Source: Lama guanicoe
Lineage: Eukaryota
NCBI GenBank assembly: GCA_013239625.1
Contig: MU053396.1
Span: forward strand, 1-64,000
DNA: 64,000 nucleotides
Reading direction: 5' to 3'
The notes under the pieces are model-generated. The model saw only the letters and a program-made list of their open reading frames with translations, had not been told where the DNA came from and made no database searches. Position numbers and translations under genes: made by a program. This document shows positions 61,001 through 64,000 of the stretch, in pieces. How positions within the stretch are numbered: position 1 is the first letter of the stretch; the number at the start of each line of letters is the position of its first letter.

Positions 61001-64000
61001 ACCTGCTTGAAACAAATACAATATGGGAAGTTCTGGACTGTGTATTTTGGAATCACTGGGGGAAGAGACACGAGGGACCTGGGGTCAGTTGTCTCAGGCT
61101 GGCTGTCCAGGCCAGGCTGGGGCAGCAGAGATTTCCCATGGAGCCCAATGGCAATGACCCTGCGCTCCTTTCCTGAGGAGCTTCTCTTCTAGATCTCAGC
61201 CTCTACAGCCCGTGCCATCAGACAGGATGTGGAGGAGGAAGAGACATCAGCAGTGATTCTCATCCTAGGTGGAATGTCGAGGGAACTGTTTATAAAAAGA
61301 CAGGAAGGAAGTGAAGAAACGAAGGCTCCCAAATCTGACACCTGGTGACCCACATACTCCCCTAGGTCAGACCCCATGTAGAAACATGAGGAGGGTAACA
61401 CTCTCCAGTCTCCCTGTGCTGCCCCCTGGGGCCCAGCTCTCTCTTCTCCAACTACAATAATGCCCCAGGGGCCCACAGAGGTGACACTGTGAATAGATCT
61501 CTGCTCATCTCCAGAGCAGACCACCACGGCCGCACACCCCAGGAAGTCTAGTTCTCTCCGTATGTATTAACTCAGTGTGTGCAGCAGACATGCAAGTAAC
61601 AGTGGTCTAACAGGATGGAAGCTTGTCTGTGTCTCCATGACAAGGAGACAGGCAGTTCCAGGGCAGCTCAGGTGACTCTGCACCATGAGATTATTCAGGC
61701 ATCCAGGATCCTATGACCTTCACTCTCTGCTGTCTCTGGGAGCTTGCCCTTGTTTGTGTGACCCAAGGTACCTGACCAAGGTACAAAGCAACCAGGGAAA
61801 GCAAAGACTGAAGAACAGTATCTTCCCTTTAAGACGAAAGTTTAAAACTTCACATCTGCTTCATCATATTGGCCAGAACTTAGTTACAGGAACACAACTG
61901 GCCTCAGGAGAGATTGGAGACTGAATGTAATTTTCAATTAGGGTGACTGTGCCCAGAAAAACACTCTACTAGTGTGAAAGAGATAAGAGTTTTGCTATAC
62001 ATGAATTTTTAACAATCAGGAGTACGGAATAGTTATTATCAATATCTTGACCTGAACGACACTTATATTTTAAAAATGGAATAATGTCAGAATATTAGTT
62101 AAATTGACATCAAAGATGCAGATAGATTGTGTGGTCAATACCACCTGATGCAGTGGAATCTCTTTCTAAAACACTATCGAGACCCGTACAGTCACCTTAC
62201 CCGGAGGGGAGTTTGGAAGAATTAGGAAGGGAACGAAACCAGAAATGTAATTTTCACTGTATATCCTTTTATGACATAGGAATTTTTTCAACCTTGTGCA
62301 TAATGAACGTTGAAGGACAAAAGAAAACCCCACACTCAATCAGGAATTTTTTCATCCTGGATGTCGGGCTCTCTGATGGGCCTCAGTGAGTGAAACACCA
62401 AGAGTTCACACTGGGTTGGAAGAGCCTGAATTACTTGCAACTATTAAAGAGAACACACTGCATCTTCCCAAAACAGCATCTCCCCAGACAGCCACATTGA
62501 GGAGGTTTTAAGGGCACAAGCAGATCCATGAAGGAGTTGAGCAGAGGGAAATTCAGCACAGAATTGGGACAAAGTCAACAGAGCCCAAGCATTAGTGGAT
62601 GGAAGTCACCACGTACACTAAATGTCAGCAGCATCATCCCTTAGGTTCCAGGTCATCTGAAGGTTGAGGGAATCGTGGGAATTGAAGTTCTGCAAAACCC
62701 TCAAGAAAGTGCTTTACTATTAGCACAGAACTGGGGTCTTTGTTACCTGATTTATTACATAAGCTGTTTTTTCTTCTCTTGCCGGGGATCAGTCACTCCT
62801 TATTCTGTTCCCTTAAGATCATTAATACTGAGACCAGTTCAAGGGCAAGCATGTGACCAGGCTTAGATCACAAAATGGTTCAGGCCTCAAATGGCTTCTC
62901 TTATGACAAAAAGCTGTACCTGCCTCATTTCCTCTGCAGACCCCCCACCCTGTCTGCCTACAACACTAACAAAGTAGAATCACCTGAAGGGACTTCGTGG
63001 GATCCTGAATGACAGCAAGCTGGAAGGAAGAGTGGGAGCCCAGGATCTGCTGACAGGATGACAAGGAAAGAAAAATATGGCTCACTTTAGTGATTGCACT
63101 TTCCTAGAGCTGTAGGAGGACTGAAAATTCAGAGGGGACTATTCATAGAGGACCCTCTCTCAGGTTCACACAGAACCACAGAGAAACCTTCCAATGGAAA
63201 CTTCGGCGCTTGTATCCAGGACGGTGCTTTGTGAACACAGCTCAGTCCTGCAGATCATCTTGTCCAACGTGGACCCGCAGTGACAATAACTGTTCAGTGA
63301 TAAGCAGCCCGTGTATGAACACGTCCAGGGCAGAGGCCGCACTGCCTGGCGTTCCTGCTCTCTCTGACCTGGGACATCCCTGTGCAGACAGACTCTGAGG
63401 TGGTGGCCAAGGATCCCTGCTCCCTGGGAGTCACACCTTGTATAATCTGCCCCCCAGGAGTGTGGGTGGGACCTGGGACTTACTGCTAACCAATACAATG
63501 TGACAACGAGGATATCAACCCTGTGATCAGACCCTAGAAGAGCATGACCCCATCCTGCTAGCTGACCGCTACTGTCCGCACTGCTCGCAAGCTCTGGCAC
63601 AGCCAGCCGCTGCGCTGGAAAGGCCCACGTGGCAAAGAGCTGAGGTCAGCGCCCGAGCCACAGCCAGCAAGAGACTGAGGCCACCAGTCTGACCGCCCAC
63701 AGGGAGCCACTCAGGCCTCTTTCCTAAGGCAGCCCATCTTGATGACACATACCCTGCTTTCCTTTACCAGCACGCATGTCAGGCTCTCTCTCTATCTGAG
63801 TTGTTCTCCTCTCCCTCCATCCAGGAGCCCAGCAGGGAGCGGCAGGCAGGGAGGGAGGACGTGCTGGGAGCAGGGCTGTGGTGTCGCCTTGGAGCAGATG
63901 GTACCAAGGAGTCAGTGGAAAGGAGAGAAGTCAGGGCAGCAGGGATGGGAAGGATGGAGTGACCACCCCTGTGACTCTCAGGGGCACATGGGGCTGTGCT
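58016..64000 (+). repeat. Segmental duplication: 3' flank of copy C, collinear with 3105-9060 (unit A) and 29365-34500 (unit B)
   Basis: Long near-identical stretches, e.g. 7290-7970 versus 62235-62915; identical translated ORF MGIEVLQNPQ... in both. Confidence 0.95.

Noticed and set aside
1..64000. CRISPR arrays, rRNA/tRNA genes, prokaryotic operons
   Set aside because: The sequence is mammalian. The only tRNA-like sequences are the SINE head and the retroviral PBS.

Overview
Mammalian genomic DNA from the MHC class I region. A tRNA-derived SINE at about 45.7 kb suggests a camelid, with moderate confidence. The window holds three tandem duplication units of roughly 23-26 kb, each with a + strand class I heavy-chain gene. 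Copy A (62-3104) and copy C (49649-58015) are pseudogenes that share an exon 3 donor GT>GA lesion. Copy B (26293-29364) has an intact 8-exon frame of 368 aa with several nonclassical-looking features: an upstream replacement ATG, Cys84, an aromatic-rich groove, Arg at the TM start, Phe instead of the cytoplasmic Tyr, and a degenerate enhancer A. Hidden on the - strand are two divergent class I relics. One has exons 3-7 at 34.7-37.3 kb and an exon 4 that looks gene-converted. The other is an exon 4/5 relic repeated in every unit. Also present: a TRIM RING/B-box pseudo-exon; a young, internally deleted gamma-type provirus with a tRNA-Thr PBS inserted antisense in intron 6 of copy C; ERVL, MaLR, MER21-like and L1 repeats; and three N gaps. 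Repeat family names and identities were assigned by eye.
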